A DNA stretch of 64,000 nucleotides from an uncultured Clostridia bacterium (GTDB taxonomy: Bacteria > Bacillota > Clostridia > TANB77 > CAG-508): NCBI GenBank assembly GCA_934178475.1, contig CAKPQH010000003.1, positions 50,315 to 114,314 of the forward strand, read 5' to 3'. Positions 61,810-64,000 of the stretch are shown piece by piece. Below the pieces are notes generated by a model. The model worked only from the letters and a program-made list of their open reading frames with translations. It was not told the DNA's origin and searched no databases. The position numbers and the translations under genes were made by a program. The stretch's first letter is position 1, and each line of letters starts with the position of its first letter.

Positions 61810-64000
61810 ATGACAGAAACAAAGGAAGTAACAATACAGGATGTTATTGCTAAGAAAAAATCAATTAGTAGAAAAGTTGATGCTAAATTTATAATGAAAG
61901 CTTATGAATATGCTGTAGAGAAACATGGAGATCAAAAAAGAATGTCAGGAGAGCCATATATTATTCATCCTCTTCATGTTGCATATACATTGGCAGAAAT
62001 GGGACTGGATGAGAGTACAATATGTGCAGCTATTCTTCATGATGTTGTTGAAGATACAGATGCAACAGATGCAGATTTAAGAAAACTTTTTGGAAATGAA
62101 GTTGCAGATATGGTATATGGGGTAACTAAGCTTAGTACAATACAATTTGCATCTTTAGAGGAGACACAAGCTGAAAATTATAGAAGAATGTTTTTAGCTA
62201 TGGGAAAAGATATTAGGGTAATTTTGATTAAACTTGCAGATAGACTTCATAATATGAGAACTTTAAAGGCATTAAGAAGAGATAGACAAATTGCTAATGC
62301 AAAAGAAACATTAGAATTATATGCTCCTCTTGCTAATAGACTTGGTTTATATGAAATTAAAGCAGAACTTGAAGACTTAGGATTTAAATATTTATATCCA
62401 GAAGAATATCATGATTTAGTAGAAGGAATTAATAGAAAAAAAGATGAAAGATTATCTTTTATTGAAAAGATAATGGAAGATATAAGAAAAGAACTTAAAA
62501 AGAATAGAATTGAAGCTACAGTTACAGGAAGAGCTAAACATTTATATAGTATATATAAAAAGATGCAAAGAGATAATATAAGTTTAGATCAAATATATGA
62601 TTTGTTTGCTATGCGTATAATAGTAAATTCTGTAAAGGATTGTTATGCAGCTTTAGGTATAGTTCATGAAATGTATAATCCTATGCCGGGTAGATTTAAA
62701 GATTATATTGCTGTTCCTAAACCAAATATGTACCAATCTATACATACTACTCTTTTAGGAAATAAAGGTGTTCCTTTCGAAGTTCAAATTCGTACATGGG
62801 ACATGCATAAAGTAGCAGAATTTGGTATTGCTGCACACTGGGCATATAAAGAAGCTAACTTTTTAGGTAGAGGCAAACAAAATGTCGTAGTATCTGAAGA
62901 TAGACTTGCATGGCTTAGAGAAAGTATAGAGTGGCAACAAGAAATGCAAGATCCTCAAGAATTTTTAAATACTTTAAAGACAGAACTATTTGAAGATGAG
63001 GTTTATGTTTTTACTCCTAAGGGAAAGATACTAGCATTACCTAAAGGAGCTACACCGATTGATTTTGCTTATAATGTACATGCTGAAGTAGGAAATAGAA
63101 TGACAGGATGTAAAATAAATAGCAAAATGATGCCGATTATTACAAGACTAAAAACTGGTGATATAGTTGAAATTATTACTTCAGATAATTCGAGAGGTCC
63201 AAGCTTAGATTGGCTTAAATTTGTTAAAAGTTCAAGAGCAAGAAATAAAATAAATGCATGGTTTAAAAAAGAAAAGAAATCTGAAAATATTGAAAAAGGT
63301 AAAGATTTGATTGCTAAAGAGCTTAAGAGAATTGGTTTACAACATTCTGATATATTTAAACAAGAGTTTATAGATCCTATGCTTGATAGATATAAATACA
63401 AAAATTTAGATGAAATGTATGCTGCTGTTGGATTTGGAGCAAATTCTGCAACTAAAGTAATTGCACGTATGCTTATTGAATATAGAAAAGAACATACTGA
63501 GGAAAATATTGAAGAAAAAATAAAAGAACTTTCTCAACCTAAGATAGAAAAAATACCAAAATCATCAGGAAATGGAATTGTTGTTAAAGGAATTGATAAT
63601 TGTTTAGTTCATTTATCTAAATGTTGTACTCCACTTCCGGGTGATGAAATAATAGGCTATATAACTAAAGGAAGAGGAGTAACAGTTCATAGAAAAGACT
63701 GTGTAAATGTTAAGGATTTATTAAAAGAAGAAAATAGAATTATTGACGTTTCATGGCTTGAAGAAGAAAAAGCTTCTTATAATGTTGATATTGAGATTGA
63801 TGCTAATGATAGAGGGGGACTTTTAGCAGATGTTTTAAAAGTTGTTCAAGATAGTAAAACAACATTAATTGGTGTTAATGCAAGATCTGGAAAAGATAGA
63901 ATTGCTATTATGGATATTACTGTAGAAACGAAAAAGCTTGAGGACTTAAATAATTTATTAAAAGCATTACGTAAAATAGATAGTGTTTATGAAGTTAAGA
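61810..64000 (+). CDS. relA: Bifunctional (p)ppGpp synthetase/hydrolase RelA/SpoT. The 3' end lies beyond the window
   Basis: HD domain (SGEPYIIHPLHVA, HDVVEDT), a synthetase domain, TGS (YVFTPKG) and ACT regions. It is still open at 64000. Confidence 0.88.
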   Translation, partial: MTETKEVTIQDVIAKKKSISRKVDAKFIMKAYEYAVEKHGDQKRMSGEPYIIHPLHVAYTLAEMGLDESTICAAILHDVVEDTDATDADLRKLFGNEVADMVYGVTKLSTIQFASLEETQAENYRRMFLAMGKDIRVILIKLADRLHNMRTLKALRRDRQIANAKETLELYAPLANRLGLYEIKAELEDLGFKYLYPEEYHDLVEGINRKKDERLSFIEKIMEDIRKELKKNRIEATVTGRAKHLYSIYKKMQRDNISLDQIYDLFAMRIIVNSVKDCYAALGIVHEMYNPMPGRFKDYIAVPKPNMYQSIHTTLLGNKGVPFEVQIRTWDMHKVAEFGIAAHWAYKEANFLGRGKQNVVVSEDRLAWLRESIEWQQEMQDPQEFLNTLKTELFEDEVYVFTPKGKILALPKGATPIDFAYNVHAEVGNRMTGCKINSKMMPIITRLKTGDIVEIITSDNSRGPSLDWLKFVKSSRARNKINAWFKKEKKSENIEKGKDLIAKELKRIGLQHSDIFKQEFIDPMLDRYKYKNLDEMYAAVGFGANSATKVIARMLIEYRKEHTEENIEEKIKELSQPKIEKIPKSSGNGIVVKGIDNCLVHLSKCCTPLPGDEIIGYITKGRGVTVHRKDCVNVKDLLKEENRIIDVSWLEEEKASYNVDIEIDANDRGGLLADVLKVVQDSKTTLIGVNARSGKDRIAIMDITVETKKLEDLNNLLKALRKIDSVYEVK

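Overview
This window is a low-GC (about 27-28% by eye) Firmicutes chromosomal segment, most likely Clostridium sensu stricto. I did not assign a species. The Clostridium call rests on a clear Spo0A, an anaerobic class III ribonucleotide reductase (NrdD), YlbJ, SpoVB and YtxC sporulation genes, and a gap-pgk-tpi-gpmI-eno glycolytic block.

Contents from left to right:
- The 3' part of a surface-polysaccharide locus (1-7100): a partial FemAB-like gene, a GT4 gene split by a frameshift at a G5 run, a Wzy-like polymerase, a GT2 gene, a Wzx flippase, and a Wzz/BY-kinase-like fusion with a degenerate P-loop.
- An Rpn/YhgA-like PD-(D/E)XK nuclease gene (7309-8178).
- A membrane-tethered ECF-type sigma factor followed by two membrane-anchored extracytoplasmic proteins and VanZ (8311-12068).
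- Nucleotide housekeeping genes xpt, rdgB and maf.
- A divergent Crp/Fnr regulator and nrdD with a palindrome between them.
- A YigZ/IMPACT-family gene, spo0A, a GT4 gene, ylbF-like, yqeG and a prepilin peptidase.
- An M24 peptidase, pyrG, ymdB, a T-box leader with valS, and two tandem paralogous small genes with duplicated promoters.
- adk, a polysaccharide deacetylase, and the glycolytic genes. Three non-glycolytic genes (YezG/DUF600-like, IscU-like, GGGtGRT) sit between gpmI and eno.
- The most unusual region (41.9-47.2 kb): an M23 peptidase followed by a microhomology-mediated tandem duplication. Each copy carries a conserved long leader, a conserved non-canonical pilin-like N-terminus, a completely different central cassette, a C-terminal Hint/intein-like domain, and a small convergent ORF. 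One copy is frameshifted and the other has an (AG)14 microsatellite in its leader.
- ylbJ, a class A PBP, a signal-peptide membrane protein, rlmN, a truncated CDA-fold deaminase remnant, spoVB-like, ytxC-like, a decayed gene-fragment region, two NPKTG-anchored surface proteins, recJ, and the 5' two-thirds of relA/spoT.

I saw no rRNA, tRNA or CRISPR array.
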